IMG/VR virus record: IMGVR_UViG_3300020472_000016
Span: 17,535-81,534 of that record
Reading direction: 5' to 3' (one strand)
DNA from: a virus
DNA length: 64,000 bases
In this document: positions 46,365-57,701 of the stretch, one piece after another
Layout: the number at the start of each line of letters is the position of its first letter
Position numbering within the stretch: the first letter of the stretch is position 1
The notes under the pieces: model-generated
The model's database searches: none
Told to the model about the DNA's origin: nothing
Seen by the model: only the letters and a program-made list of their open reading frames with translations
Position numbers and translations under genes: made by a program

Positions 46365-48212
46365 ATGACAAGAACAGTCCCTGGAAGTGGAGCCACAATC
46401 GAACCAGTCTTTAACAGTGTATATGGTGTTAAAGATGTAATCGTTACTAACCCTGGACAGGATTATGATCCAAATGATCCTCCTAGACTTAGTATCGCAA
46501 ATTGTGGTACACCTATAAGGGACGCTGTACTTCGTGCAAATATTGGTGTTAACGGTGATCTTCTATCAGTAGACGTTGTAGATCCTGGTGAAGGATATGA
46601 TCCATTAAGATTAATTATTGATAGTGATGATCCTGGCATTGTACAAGGGGATGCAAATATATTCCTTAAGGATGATGGTACTGGGGGACTTTCCCACCTA
46701 CAGGTAAATCAACCTGGTGATGGATATTTTAGTGCTACTGCTGCTATTGCTGGTGGTGGTGGATCTGGTGCAGAACTAGTTCCTGTCACTGGTGGTGTTA
46801 CTGGTCTTGCTATCGAAGCAAAAGGAAGAAACTATACTGCAGAAGATATTACTCTTGTCATCTCTGGTGGAGGTGGAGGAGACGGTGCTACTGGTGTTGC
46901 TGAGGTAGAACAGTTTGGTAGTGTTACCAATATCAATATCAGTGATGCTGGAGAATTTTTTGAGACACCTCCTATTATTCAGTTAATTGGTGGAGGTGGA
47001 TCAGGTGCTGAGGCAGAAGCTAAGATTAACCTCGGTGCTATTACAAGTATTGACATACTCAATCCTGGTGGTGGATATGTTAACCCACCAAGTGTTATCT
47101 TTACTAGGGATACTAACTTAATCAGGACACAGAGAAATAGAACCTCTTTAGAGGGAACAGTATACAACCTGACAGGTCTTATCCGTAATGCTACTGCATC
47201 AGATCAGACTTTCTATGTACAGACAACTAATGCATATTCAGGTTCTGGTAAGTTCCAAATAGGTGGAGAGATCATTAGATATACTGGTAAGACTGTTAAT
47301 AGTTTTACTGGATGTACTAGAGGTATTAACTTCCGTTATGACCAAAGGGTTGTATTGGATACTCTGGCAGATCAGGGTGGTATATCTGGATATGCTTTTA
47401 CTGTGTCAGACAGACTCAGAAGAGTAGAAGAGGATAAGTCCAATAAGGTTGCCATAGTATATGATTGGAACCCTGCAACTAGAGAACTATTCGTAACATT
47501 CGAAGTTGATGAATTAGCATTTATAGATGGTGGTCGTTCTAATGAAAAGACTGCTGTGATTCAGTTTATTGCTGGTGTTGCTAGTTCTTCTGGTACTGGT
47601 GTATCAGCACACGTCCTACTTGAGGATGTTAATGGTGTTATTATAACTTTCGAAGATCCTATTAGTACCTTAACTGGATTTGTCTTCGAAGATAACGATG
47701 AATTGGATGGTGCTGGTGATGGCATCATTGACCTGGTAAATACTGATACAGACTTTGCTGATGAAATTAGTTTAGATGGTGGTATTGCATCATCTCTATA
47801 TGGTATTGAGGAAACTATAGGTGGTGAGAACACAACTCTGTTCCAACAGGGTGATCAGTTATATGATTCTAACTTAGTTCCACTAGTCTCTACTGTGTCT
47901 GCTGCTGGTGCTCTTGCTGATGGTATAGCACACAACGGAACTGCCATTATCATTGCGAAGTCATGGAATAGTGTTAACTATCAGATTGGTGAAACAATAA
48001 CGGGTAACTCTACTGGAGTGACTGCCCAAGTTGTTTCATTTGATAATGATTATGCAACTGGTTATGTCAAATTAGAGGTAGATACATTAACTAATAATGG
48101 CAATACCTACAAGTTTACCACCTCCGACACACTTACTGGTGGAGGATCGGGTGCAACTGCTGTATTCTGGAAACAGGAGTTCACTAACCTAGTTAGAAAC
48201 GAACCAGAATAA
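46365..48212 (+). CDS. virion structural protein with GxGY/GGGGSGA repeats
   Basis: 615 aa; same repeat family as the gp7-like protein; GKFQIGGEIIRYTG..FTGCTRG motif; lies before gp8. Confidence 0.75.
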   Translation: MTRTVPGSGATIEPVFNSVYGVKDVIVTNPGQDYDPNDPPRLSIANCGTPIRDAVLRANIGVNGDLLSVDVVDPGEGYDPLRLIIDSDDPGIVQGDANIFLKDDGTGGLSHLQVNQPGDGYFSATAAIAGGGGSGAELVPVTGGVTGLAIEAKGRNYTAEDITLVISGGGGGDGATGVAEVEQFGSVTNINISDAGEFFETPPIIQLIGGGGSGAEAEAKINLGAITSIDILNPGGGYVNPPSVIFTRDTNLIRTQRNRTSLEGTVYNLTGLIRNATASDQTFYVQTTNAYSGSGKFQIGGEIIRYTGKTVNSFTGCTRGINFRYDQRVVLDTLADQGGISGYAFTVSDRLRRVEEDKSNKVAIVYDWNPATRELFVTFEVDELAFIDGGRSNEKTAVIQFIAGVASSSGTGVSAHVLLEDVNGVIITFEDPISTLTGFVFEDNDELDGAGDGIIDLVNTDTDFADEISLDGGIASSLYGIEETIGGENTTLFQQGDQLYDSNLVPLVSTVSAAGALADGIAHNGTAIIIAKSWNSVNYQIGETITGNSTGVTAQVVSFDNDYATGYVKLEVDTLTNNGNTYKFTTSDTLTGGGSGATAVFWKQEFTNLVRNEPE

Positions 48213-48217
48213 GTTTA

Positions 48218-48224
48218 CTAAATA
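48218..48224 (+). promoter_or_regulatory. T4-type late promoter
   Basis: CTAAATA upstream of gp8; AGGAAGG SD follows. Confidence 0.65.
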
Positions 48225-48245
48225 TAAGGAAGGTATTAAAGCGTA

Positions 48246-49781
48246 ATGGCACTTCTCACAGATCAATTTAGAATTTTTACTGCGGAGAGATTTATTAAGT
48301 CTCTAGAGGGTGCCGACCCATCGCAGTCCGACCTCGTGGCAGGAACCTCTAGGGACAGGTTATATGTTTTCATCGGTAGACCACAAGAGTGGGATAACGA
48401 GAACGCACCACCTACTCCAGTGGATTCATTCCAAGAGTTTTCAGACACTTTCTCTGATATGATATCAATGAAACGTGTTCTTGCTAACGACACGGTTCAG
48501 GTTGTACGTCGTATCGACTGGACACCCCCAGAACAAACTACTGGTGGTTTAGGTTATGTTTACGACATGTACCGTCACGACTACAGTTCTACTAAGACTG
48601 CATCGTCTGGTGCTACTAAACTATATGATGCTGACTTTTACGTAGTTAACAGTCAATACCAAGTATATAAGTGCATATATAATGGCACATCTCCTTCTGA
48701 TCCCAATGGTAAACCTTCGACAGTGGAGCCGACAGGCACTTCCACAAGTATTATCACTACCTCCGATGGCTATCGTTGGAAGTATCTTTATACTATACCT
48801 GTTGGTCAGGTCTTAAAATTCTTCTCAAACGACTACATGCCTGTTCTCAGCGACGTTGCTGTTACTGGTGATGCAGTTGGTGGTGAGATTGATAGTGTTG
48901 TTATTCAGGCATCTGGTACTGGATATAACAACGGAACCTATGAGAACGTACCTATTAAAGGTGATGGTGTAGGTGGAAGGGTATCACTAGTGGTTGATGG
49001 TGGTAGAGTTGTATCTGCTACTGTTACATCTGGTGGATCTGGATATAACTTTGGTAAGATTATTATTGATGAAGTGAATGGTATTGGTGCTGGTACAGGT
49101 ACTGGTGCTTCTATCGATGTTATTATTCCTCCTGACAGTGGTCATGGTGCTGAACCAGACTCTGAGTTGGGTGGTTATAGAGTTATGATTAACACGAAGT
49201 TCACCTACGATGAAGGATCAGGTGACTTCCCTACAGATAATGACTATCGTCGTATTGGATTGGTAATCAATCCTAAGCAATATGGTACTACAGAACTTAC
49301 TTCTGCTATTACCCTATCAGGAACTAATGCTGTTATCTTCAGTCCTACTTTCACAGGACAGTTCCAAACTGATGAAATTGTAACCCAGTCCCGTACTGTT
49401 GGTGGTCAGCAAGTGACTGCTAGAGGTCGGGTCATTTCATGGAATGACACAACTAAAGTTCTTAAATACTATCAGAACAGAGTTGACGGTGTATTCCCTG
49501 AGATCACTGGTAACTTAACAGACTTTGAGGGTGGTAACCCTGTCGTAGGTGCTACTTCTGGTACATCTGCTGACCCAGACATCAACTTCCCAATTGTATC
49601 TGGAGCCTCCACACGTATTATTAATAACACTGAATATGACCTTGGTATGTCATTCACCAACGGATATGCCAAACCTGAGATCGAACCTAACTCTGGTGAG
49701 ATCATCTACATAGACAACAGAGGAGCAATTTCTCGTGCTGGTGACCAAATCGAAGATATCAAGATCGTAATCGAATTCTAA
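48246..49781 (+). CDS. gp8: baseplate wedge subunit gp8
   Basis: LYVFIGRPQEW..PPTP, VRRIDW, YQVYKCIYN, DGYRWKYLYTI, SGEIIYIDNR..Q.EDIKIVIEF. Confidence 0.92.
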   Translation: MALLTDQFRIFTAERFIKSLEGADPSQSDLVAGTSRDRLYVFIGRPQEWDNENAPPTPVDSFQEFSDTFSDMISMKRVLANDTVQVVRRIDWTPPEQTTGGLGYVYDMYRHDYSSTKTASSGATKLYDADFYVVNSQYQVYKCIYNGTSPSDPNGKPSTVEPTGTSTSIITTSDGYRWKYLYTIPVGQVLKFFSNDYMPVLSDVAVTGDAVGGEIDSVVIQASGTGYNNGTYENVPIKGDGVGGRVSLVVDGGRVVSATVTSGGSGYNFGKIIIDEVNGIGAGTGTGASIDVIIPPDSGHGAEPDSELGGYRVMINTKFTYDEGSGDFPTDNDYRRIGLVINPKQYGTTELTSAITLSGTNAVIFSPTFTGQFQTDEIVTQSRTVGGQQVTARGRVISWNDTTKVLKYYQNRVDGVFPEITGNLTDFEGGNPVVGATSGTSADPDINFPIVSGASTRIINNTEYDLGMSFTNGYAKPEIEPNSGEIIYIDNRGAISRAGDQIEDIKIVIEF

Positions 49782-49785
49782 AGAG

Positions 49786-52700
49786 ATGCCACAGAATACT
49801 AATCTGAATATCGCTCCATATTTTGACGATTTCAGTAAAGACAAAAACTTTTATAGAGTTCTCTTCCGACCAGGATTCCCAATCCAGGCGAGAGAACTTA
49901 CCACTATGCAATCGATTCTGCAGAATCAGGTCGAAGCAATGGGGCAGCACCTATTTAAAGAAGGTGCTATGGTCATTCCTGGACAGATTGGATATGACCT
50001 TAATGTACACTGTGTTCTTATACAGCAGGCATTTTTAGGAGTTGACGTTGAGACTTATCGTACTCAGTTACACGGAAAGATTGTTGAGGGTCTAACCACT
50101 GGCATCAAGGCTAAGGTTCTCTTCTCTATCCCTGCTACTGAATCAACTGCTGGTTATATTACATTCTATCTGAAGTATATTGAGTCTGGTGACACAACTT
50201 CAGATACTTCTACAAAGGTATTCCAGAACAATGAACAGTTAATTTGTGAAGAAGAATTAACGTTTGGTAATACTTTGATTGAGATTGGATCTCCATGGTC
50301 ACAGTTACTACCAGTTGAGTCTGCAAGAATTGGTTCCACAGCATATATCAATGAAGGAGTCTATTTCATCCGTGGTCACTTTGTTGACATCATCTCTGCT
50401 TATATTATTCTTGATCAGTATACCAACAATCCATCCTACAGGGTGGGGTTTGAGGTATCAGAATCTATCATCACCCCAGAAGACGATCCATCCTTAACGG
50501 ATAATGCGATTGGATCATCTAACTACTCTGCTCCAGGTTCACATAGGTTTAGAATTAAGACACAGCTTGTTAAGAAAGCAATTGCTGATGATACTGATAA
50601 GAACTTCATCGAATTGTTGCGTCTAAACAACTCTGTTGTAGAAAACTTTGTTGATCATACATCATACAACGAGATTGAGAAGTCTATTGCTCGTCGTACT
50701 TATGAGACACATGGTGACTATGTTGTTAATACCTTCGATGTTCGTGCTAGAGAGCACTTAGATGACTTCTTTAATAATGGTGTATATAAAGCAGGTGTAA
50801 CATCTGCTGATGGTAATGTTGCTAGTGAAGAATGGTGTGCAATGGAGGTTGGTCCAGGTAAAGCATACGTTAAAGGATATCGTACAGAACTATTAGCAAC
50901 TAACTATGTTGACTCACCTAAACCTCGTACTTTCTTAGGTCGTCAGAACCAAATTATTCCTATTGACTTATCACAGTCATGTGAGGTATATGATGTTTGG
51001 GGATGGCCAGAGATCTCTGGAGAAGGTGTAACTAACTGTTATCAGGTATTAGAATTACGTGATAGCTGGTCAGGTGCAGGTCCTTCTAACTCTGTACAAG
51101 GACAGCAGGTTGGTGTAGCAAGATGTTTACAACTTGAGGTTGATGGTACTAAGTATCGTCTGTTTATGTTTGACATACAGATGTTTACTGCGATTAACTT
51201 TGCAAACTCTCAGACAGTCAATGCTGGAGAGGTTCTAATTGGTCGTACATCTGGTGCTAAAGGATTTGTTCACAGTGGTAGTGGTGAGGCTGCATTGCTT
51301 CATCAAATATCTGGACAGTTCCAGATAGGAGAGGTTCTACTAAGAGATGGTAGAGTTCTAGACACTCTAGATGCAATCTATTCTTATGAGCAATCTGATA
51401 TTCGTCAGGTAGTAGGTAAGGATGGTGCTACCGTTATCTTTACTGCATCATTAACTCTTAATGATGTTCAGTCACTTAGTGGTAATACTATTACTATTGA
51501 TCAAGCAGGTGGTGCTGATATAGAAGGGTATGGTACTCGCCTATCAGCAGACATTCGTGCTGGTGAGGTTATATCTCCAACTGCTACAGACTTTAAAGGT
51601 TCTAAGTCATTACGTATTAAGAGAATTGACTATACAGATATAGGATATACTACTGCTAACAGAAGAGATGCTGGTACTGCTGTAGTATTTGATTTTGCTG
51701 CACAAAATGCAAAACTAGATACAAGTTTAACTAAAGGATCTATAACTGATGCTGAATATCAAGCAGGTCAGGTAGTTCGTTTACGTCCTTACTTTACTCA
51801 GAAACCAGTACAGGATGGAGAACTTGTGATTGACATGCCTAAGCAGGCAATTAAGTCAATTTCTGACGAATCATTTATCGTAATGAAGACTTTTGCTAAC
51901 AAGCAGTTGTCATCTGGTGACGTTACATTCACACTTCCAGAAAACGAACAGTTCGCAACTCTAGATGGTGAGAACTATATCCTCACAGTCACACAAGGTG
52001 CTAACAGTAACACTGGATATGCGTGGGTTGTAGGTAGTGTATTGGATATAGAAGCAGAATCTGAGAAAGCGACACCTACACTTAGTGTAGCTTTTGGTGC
52101 TAACCGTCAATCCATGCAGATCACAGGCATGAACGATGGTTCTGGTGGTTCAGCGAACATATCTGAAGTAACACTAACTGCTGCTGTATCGGTTAATAAT
52201 GTTTCTAAGAAGATTAAGACTGCTGCTAAGATGAGAACGATGAAAGTCGTTCGTACTAGGGACAATAATGATGTTCAGAACTATGGTCTAACATATGGTA
52301 ACCTATATGGTACTCGTATCGAGGATGAAGAGATTTCATTCGCACTGAATGATGTCTATAAAGTTCATGCTGTCTTTGAGTCTGGGGATGAGAATGATGC
52401 TCAGGTTCCTTATGTTGTATTAACAGAGAACGTCTTCTTTGACAATGGTTCTGTTGTTGTTGGTAGAACATCTGGTGCTCGTGGTAGAGTTGTTTCCTTT
52501 AATTCCAACAACCTTAGACTATACATAGTTCCATTAAGTAGTGGAACCTTTAACTCAGGTGAAACTATTGATGGTTTTGATGATGATCTCAATGTTCTGG
52601 TTGGTGTTATTGATGACGCTGACGGTTCAGTAGAGAGAGGATCGAAAAATATTACAGCGAATTTTGATTTAGATTCTAACTATACATCCTATTTTTATAA

Positions 52701-55700
52701 TGTTTCGAAACTTGTTAGGAAAGGTGGCACAGCAGAACCACGTAGAAAGTTGGCTGTTGTCTTCGACTATTTCATCCATGAAGCATCGGGTGACTATTTC
52801 TCTAACCAATCTTACTCTGGAATCGGTTTCACTGAAATTCCTAGATGGAGAGGTGAAAATAATAGTAAAGTCCTTACAGATAATATAGACTTTAGACCTG
52901 CTGTTGGTGAACTAGCATCTGGATCTGGTACTGTAGAGCAACCCTACTATGTCAATTGTGTAAGTTTAGACTTTGACTCAAGAGTATTCACTAGTACTGG
53001 TGGTGCTGGTGGTTCTACTATCTTTAATATACCTAAGGTAGAAGAACAGTTCCGTTGTGACTATGAATACTATCTACCAAGGCAAGACAAATTATTCATG
53101 ACCCATGATGGGGATCTGAAACTATCACAGGGTGTACCTGCTGAAGATCCTCCAGAAGCAGACGATCTTGACAATGCTATGATGATAGCAAAGATACGTT
53201 ATGCTCCTTATGTTTATGATGTAGATGAAGATATTCTCATATCACTACACCAGCAACGTCGTTACACGATGGAAGACATCGGTAACATGGATAGACGTTT
53301 GCAGTCTGTTGAGTATTATACTTCTCTTACTTTATTAGAGAATGATGCAAGAAACGTAAAGGCATTTGATGCTGATGGTTTTGACCGTCTGAAGAATGGT
53401 TTTATGGTGGATGACTTCACCGATCATGGTACTTCAGATACTGATAATATTGACTATAAGTGCTCTCTTGACTTTACTGAGGGTGTACTACGTCCTTCAC
53501 ACTATACAACTAACGTTGCATTAGAGTGGAGTTCTGCTCTGTCAACTAATGTCAATAAGCCTGTTGCTAATATTTTGACACTTCCATATACGGAAGCGAT
53601 GATTATTAACCAACCATATGCTTCACGTATGGAGAACGTTAACCCATTTAACGTCTTTACCTTTATTGGTCGTATTGACCTAACTCCAGCATCTGATGAC
53701 TGGACTGATACACGTCGTGCTCCTGTTCGAGTAACATCTATCGAAGGTAACTTCCAAGCAACCCGTCGTAGATTGCGTGTGAACCAGCAAGGTTTTGCAC
53801 CTGTACAGTGGAGAGGTTGGAGGACTGCATGGACTGGTACTCGTAGATCAGGTACTAGAACGTGGAGAGAACAAACATTTGCTCGTGGTGTACCTCGTCG
53901 TGTGTTACGTGGTGAGACTATCACTACTACCCGTCGTCAGGTAAGGAGTGGTGTTAGAACTCGTGTTGTACCAAGGATTGATAGAAGATCCTTAGGAGAC
54001 AGCATTATTGATAGTACATTTATCCCATGGATTCGTTCTAGGAACGTATCATTTGATGTACAAAGAATTAAGCCAAAGACAAGAATGTATGCATTCTTTG
54101 ATGGTGATCAAGTAATTAATTACGTTACACCTAAACTGATTGAGATCGTTAAGAACTCTACAGAAGACACCAGAACTAACGAAACACCTTTCGTTATTGG
54201 TGAGACAGTTATTGGTGTAACATCTGGATCAAGATTTAGGGTTGCTGCTCCTAACAATGGATTAAGCACTAACCCATATAGTCAAACAAATAATGCATTA
54301 CCAGACTCATATGCATCACAGACTGATATCATAAACGTTGATACTGAAGTGATGGCAAGGACTGTCTCTCCTGATTATTATGGTAACATTGCCATTGGTG
54401 AGATCCTAGTAGGTCAGACCTCAGGTGCACGTGCTGTTGTTAAAGACCGCCGTCTGATGTCAGACTTGACTGGTAATATGCACGGTGTATTCTTTATACC
54501 TAACCCACAGAACAGTTCTAACCCACGTTGGGCAACTGGTAGTAGGGTCTTCCGTCTATCGTCTTCTGACACAGATAGCAGACTTCCTGGTGCAGTTGAT
54601 TCAGCTGCTGAGGCAGAATATACAGCAAGAGGTACACTTAATACTGTACAGGAAAATATACTTGCTGTTAGAAATGCACAGATTGTTAGAGATACTGTTA
54701 ATGATCGTCGGACAGTTCGTTCTGTTCGTACCAATGTTAGACAGGTTGGTTGGTGGGATCCACTTGCACAATCATTCCTGCTTGAGGAAGAGGGTGGTAC
54801 ATTTGTTACTGGTGTAGACATCTACTTCGGTACTAAAGATAGTAACATTCCTATCTCTATGCAGATACGTCCTATGGAGAATGGTTATCCAACTAAGGAT
54901 ATCTTACCTTTCTCTGACGTTACTATAGAACCATCAGGTGTTGAGATATCAGAGAACGCATCGATTGCTACGAGGTTTAATTTCCCTGCTCCTGTTTATA
55001 TTCCAGCATCAGAAGAACATTGTTTTGTATTGTTCTCCGACTCTAACGAGTATAAGGTATGGATATCTAGGATGGGTGATATTGATATCACTGGTACTAG
55101 AACTATATCTGAGCAGCCATATGCTGGTGTTCTGTTTAAATCACAGAACGCATCTACGTGGACTGCTGACCAGTATGAAGACCTTAAGTTCTCGTTATAT
55201 CGAGCACAGTTTGACACCAGTGTTACAGGTCGTGCTATCTTTAATAACACCAAATTAGGTCTGGCAAATGACGGAATATTAAGTTTGGTAAATAATCCTG
55301 TAACAACGATTAAACCAAAACAGTTAATCACCCTACCTACAGGCACAAGTTACAACTTTACAGTTGGTGCTCGTATCATACAAAACCCATCATCTGCTTC
55401 TGCAACTGTTGTAGAATTTGATGCTGCTGCAAACCCACAGACTATACTGGTAACAGATATTGTCGGAACGTTTGCTCAGGGTTTCATTGATGGTAATGGT
55501 GATCCCTTCCAGAGTCTTAAGTCTTCACAGGGTACTGCAACCATAGTCATGTCCACTGTTAACAACGGTGTATTTGAGGTTGGTGATGTAATCACAGGTT
55601 CTTCGTCTGGTGCAACTGCAATCGTAACCAACTATGTAAGTGGAACCTCAACTATTACAGCGAATTATGTTGACAGTGAGTTTGATGTATCAAACGACAC

Positions 55701-57150
55701 CCTATCAGAGCCTGGCGGAGTTTCTGGTACTTTGTCTAGTGCTTCCTACGGCGGTGACAGCTATATCGCCTATCCCGCTTTAACACCTGCACCTAGGACT
55801 ACTGATAAGAAGATTCAGATCTTCCATCCTAACCATGGTATGCACAATCGTTCTAACAATGTAACGATTACTGGTGTTGAGTCTGAAGTACCACAAACAA
55901 CATTAACTTCTACACTGTCATCTACAGCAACTTCTATTAGTGTTCAGGAAGCAGGTGGTTTCCATAAGATCATTAATGGTCAGAACATTGGTAACACTAA
56001 TCAAGGATATATTAAGATCGTTGCTGCTTCAGAAGCGACTCCGATGTCTGCTATTCCTGGAGAAGATGAAGCAACTGAGGCATGGAGGAATTGGAATCCA
56101 GAGCATGAAATTATTGCTTACAGTACAATAAATGATACTGGTACTACTATAACTGTTGCTACCTCTGGTAGAGGAGCAGCATCTACTGCAGCAAAAGAAT
56201 GGCCATCAGGTAGTGTAGTTTATTGCTACAACCTTGACGGTATTCCTTTGACAGAAATCAATAAGGTTCATACTGCTATAGATGATCCTACACTTGATTC
56301 TTATACATTAGCAACTACTTCTATTTCTACTGTTGGTATTCGTGCAGGTGGTGCTGGTACTACTGCAACTCAGAACGTACCGTTTGAGATGATTACTCCT
56401 ACCATCCAAGTGATGAACTTTAAGGAGACTTCCATCCAAGCATCTGTTAATACTACTTCTGGTACATCAATAGGTACTGGTGGTACTATTGCTGACCAAG
56501 CATCATTTATTAATAATGGTACATATGATATCATTCAGATTAATGAAGAGAATCAGTATGATAATCCAAGGATTATCTGTTCACAGATCAATGAAGATAA
56601 TAAGCTAGAGGGTAATAAGTCCTTCATTATGAGAGTTGATATGCAAACTGAGAAGGCAAACCTTACTCCAGTTATTGACCTAGACCGTGTGTCTGCTATT
56701 ACCACAAGTAATAGGGTCAACAGTTGGCCAGGTGGTGCTCAAGTCCTAGGACTTCAGTCTGAGATTGATACTACTTCTAGTGTTTCTTTACTCCCATCTG
56801 GTGATCAGAACGAAGCAGTTTACTTGACTAAGATTGCTAAACTGTCCAATATCTCTCGCTCCATCAAAGTGATGATTGCTATGCAGAGATTTGGTGATTC
56901 CAATATATCACTCTATTATAGAGTACAGAAACCAGGCTCTGACAAGGCAATGCGTGACATTGGTTTTGTTGCTATACCTATTCCTGATGTTGGATCAAGT
57001 AACGTTGGTGAGGAAGAGTGGGAAGATTTTGAGTACACTGTAGAGGGTGAGGAATTCCAAGCATTCCAAATTAAGATTGTTATGAAGTCTACCAGTCAAG
57101 CGAAAGTACCTCTAATTAAAGACTTCCGTGCCATTGCCTTTGCTTCATAA
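49786..57150 (+). CDS. vrlC: VrlC-like (DUF4815-type) large structural protein
   Basis: PYFDDF..KNFYRVLFRPG.PIQARELTTMQSILQNQ; ARRTYETHGDY; RYTMEDIG..RLQSVEYYTSL; KNGFMVDDF; NVNPFNVF; DPLAQSF; WTADQYEDLKF. Confidence 0.85.
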   Translation: MPQNTNLNIAPYFDDFSKDKNFYRVLFRPGFPIQARELTTMQSILQNQVEAMGQHLFKEGAMVIPGQIGYDLNVHCVLIQQAFLGVDVETYRTQLHGKIVEGLTTGIKAKVLFSIPATESTAGYITFYLKYIESGDTTSDTSTKVFQNNEQLICEEELTFGNTLIEIGSPWSQLLPVESARIGSTAYINEGVYFIRGHFVDIISAYIILDQYTNNPSYRVGFEVSESIITPEDDPSLTDNAIGSSNYSAPGSHRFRIKTQLVKKAIADDTDKNFIELLRLNNSVVENFVDHTSYNEIEKSIARRTYETHGDYVVNTFDVRAREHLDDFFNNGVYKAGVTSADGNVASEEWCAMEVGPGKAYVKGYRTELLATNYVDSPKPRTFLGRQNQIIPIDLSQSCEVYDVWGWPEISGEGVTNCYQVLELRDSWSGAGPSNSVQGQQVGVARCLQLEVDGTKYRLFMFDIQMFTAINFANSQTVNAGEVLIGRTSGAKGFVHSGSGEAALLHQISGQFQIGEVLLRDGRVLDTLDAIYSYEQSDIRQVVGKDGATVIFTASLTLNDVQSLSGNTITIDQAGGADIEGYGTRLSADIRAGEVISPTATDFKGSKSLRIKRIDYTDIGYTTANRRDAGTAVVFDFAAQNAKLDTSLTKGSITDAEYQAGQVVRLRPYFTQKPVQDGELVIDMPKQAIKSISDESFIVMKTFANKQLSSGDVTFTLPENEQFATLDGENYILTVTQGANSNTGYAWVVGSVLDIEAESEKATPTLSVAFGANRQSMQITGMNDGSGGSANISEVTLTAAVSVNNVSKKIKTAAKMRTMKVVRTRDNNDVQNYGLTYGNLYGTRIEDEEISFALNDVYKVHAVFESGDENDAQVPYVVLTENVFFDNGSVVVGRTSGARGRVVSFNSNNLRLYIVPLSSGTFNSGETIDGFDDDLNVLVGVIDDADGSVERGSKNITANFDLDSNYTSYFYNVSKLVRKGGTAEPRRKLAVVFDYFIHEASGDYFSNQSYSGIGFTEIPRWRGENNSKVLTDNIDFRPAVGELASGSGTVEQPYYVNCVSLDFDSRVFTSTGGAGGSTIFNIPKVEEQFRCDYEYYLPRQDKLFMTHDGDLKLSQGVPAEDPPEADDLDNAMMIAKIRYAPYVYDVDEDILISLHQQRRYTMEDIGNMDRRLQSVEYYTSLTLLENDARNVKAFDADGFDRLKNGFMVDDFTDHGTSDTDNIDYKCSLDFTEGVLRPSHYTTNVALEWSSALSTNVNKPVANILTLPYTEAMIINQPYASRMENVNPFNVFTFIGRIDLTPASDDWTDTRRAPVRVTSIEGNFQATRRRLRVNQQGFAPVQWRGWRTAWTGTRRSGTRTWREQTFARGVPRRVLRGETITTTRRQVRSGVRTRVVPRIDRRSLGDSIIDSTFIPWIRSRNVSFDVQRIKPKTRMYAFFDGDQVINYVTPKLIEIVKNSTEDTRTNETPFVIGETVIGVTSGSRFRVAAPNNGLSTNPYSQTNNALPDSYASQTDIINVDTEVMARTVSPDYYGNIAIGEILVGQTSGARAVVKDRRLMSDLTGNMHGVFFIPNPQNSSNPRWATGSRVFRLSSSDTDSRLPGAVDSAAEAEYTARGTLNTVQENILAVRNAQIVRDTVNDRRTVRSVRTNVRQVGWWDPLAQSFLLEEEGGTFVTGVDIYFGTKDSNIPISMQIRPMENGYPTKDILPFSDVTIEPSGVEISENASIATRFNFPAPVYIPASEEHCFVLFSDSNEYKVWISRMGDIDITGTRTISEQPYAGVLFKSQNASTWTADQYEDLKFSLYRAQFDTSVTGRAIFNNTKLGLANDGILSLVNNPVTTIKPKQLITLPTGTSYNFTVGARIIQNPSSASATVVEFDAAANPQTILVTDIVGTFAQGFIDGNGDPFQSLKSSQGTATIVMSTVNNGVFEVGDVITGSSSGATAIVTNYVSGTSTITANYVDSEFDVSNDTLSEPGGVSGTLSSASYGGDSYIAYPALTPAPRTTDKKIQIFHPNHGMHNRSNNVTITGVESEVPQTTLTSTLSSTATSISVQEAGGFHKIINGQNIGNTNQGYIKIVAASEATPMSAIPGEDEATEAWRNWNPEHEIIAYSTINDTGTTITVATSGRGAASTAAKEWPSGSVVYCYNLDGIPLTEINKVHTAIDDPTLDSYTLATTSISTVGIRAGGAGTTATQNVPFEMITPTIQVMNFKETSIQASVNTTSGTSIGTGGTIADQASFINNGTYDIIQINEENQYDNPRIICSQINEDNKLEGNKSFIMRVDMQTEKANLTPVIDLDRVSAITTSNRVNSWPGGAQVLGLQSEIDTTSSVSLLPSGDQNEAVYLTKIAKLSNISRSIKVMIAMQRFGDSNISLYYRVQKPGSDKAMRDIGFVAIPIPDVGSSNVGEEEWEDFEYTVEGEEFQAFQIKIVMKSTSQAKVPLIKDFRAIAFAS

Positions 57151-57401
57151 TGACTGCTTTTACTGGAAAAAGATTTGTACCCGTCGAGGGTGATGAAAAC
57201 AAAGGATACTGTAGGGATACAGAGTCCAATGCTATCGTAATGACCGATACAGACGAGTACTCTAAATACATGCAGTCTTATAGTGAAAGACAGAAATCTA
57301 AACGTAATTTCACCTCTTTACAAAAGGAAGTGAATGAACTAAAATCAGATATGTCTGACATAAAAGGACTACTATTGCAATTAGTAAAGGAGAAACAATG
57401 A
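57150..57401 (+). CDS. conserved hypothetical protein following VrlC
   Basis: VPVEG..YCRDTESNAIV...EVNELKSDMSDIKGLL; TAATG coupling. Confidence 0.8.
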   Translation: MTAFTGKRFVPVEGDENKGYCRDTESNAIVMTDTDEYSKYMQSYSERQKSKRNFTSLQKEVNELKSDMSDIKGLLLQLVKEKQ

Positions 57402-57625
57402 TGCCTGCTGACGTGACGGAGCAACAATCCCCAGAAGAACTACTACAACAGTTCAGGGATCGTTATAATACCCTCCAAGGAGAAACACAAAAATTACAAC
57501 AAAAGATTCGGGATAATGAATCTACTGCTCTAAAACTCTTGGGAGCAATAGAAACTTTAGAATACTTACATCCCCCTGCAGAGGAACCTCCAACGGAGAC
57601 ACCAGCAGAGACCACAACTGAATAA
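57398..57625 (+). CDS. small coiled-coil protein (possible fibre chaperone)
   Basis: 75 aa; AAGGAG SD; LKLLGAIETLEYL motif. Confidence 0.75.
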   Translation: MMPADVTEQQSPEELLQQFRDRYNTLQGETQKLQQKIRDNESTALKLLGAIETLEYLHPPAEEPPTETPAETTTE

Positions 57626-57629
57626 ACCT

Positions 57630-57653
57630 AGAGTCCCTCTGGGACTCTTTTTT
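57630..57653 (+). terminator. rho-independent terminator
   Basis: AGAGTCCC-TCT-GGGACTCT followed by T-tract. Confidence 0.85.
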
Positions 57654-57658
57654 GTAGC

Positions 57659-57665
57659 ATAAATA
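57659..57665 (+). promoter_or_regulatory. T4-type late promoter
   Basis: ATAAATA between the terminator and the fibre gene. Confidence 0.7.
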
Positions 57666-57701
57666 AACAAGAGACCAGTGACTAGCTAGCGTTACTTACA
57701 A

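Noticed and set aside
15768-57150. Inteins, introns or homing endonucleases in the giant genes
   Set aside because: No intein C...HN splice blocks, LAGLIDADG, HNH or GIY-YIG motifs recognised; frames are continuous
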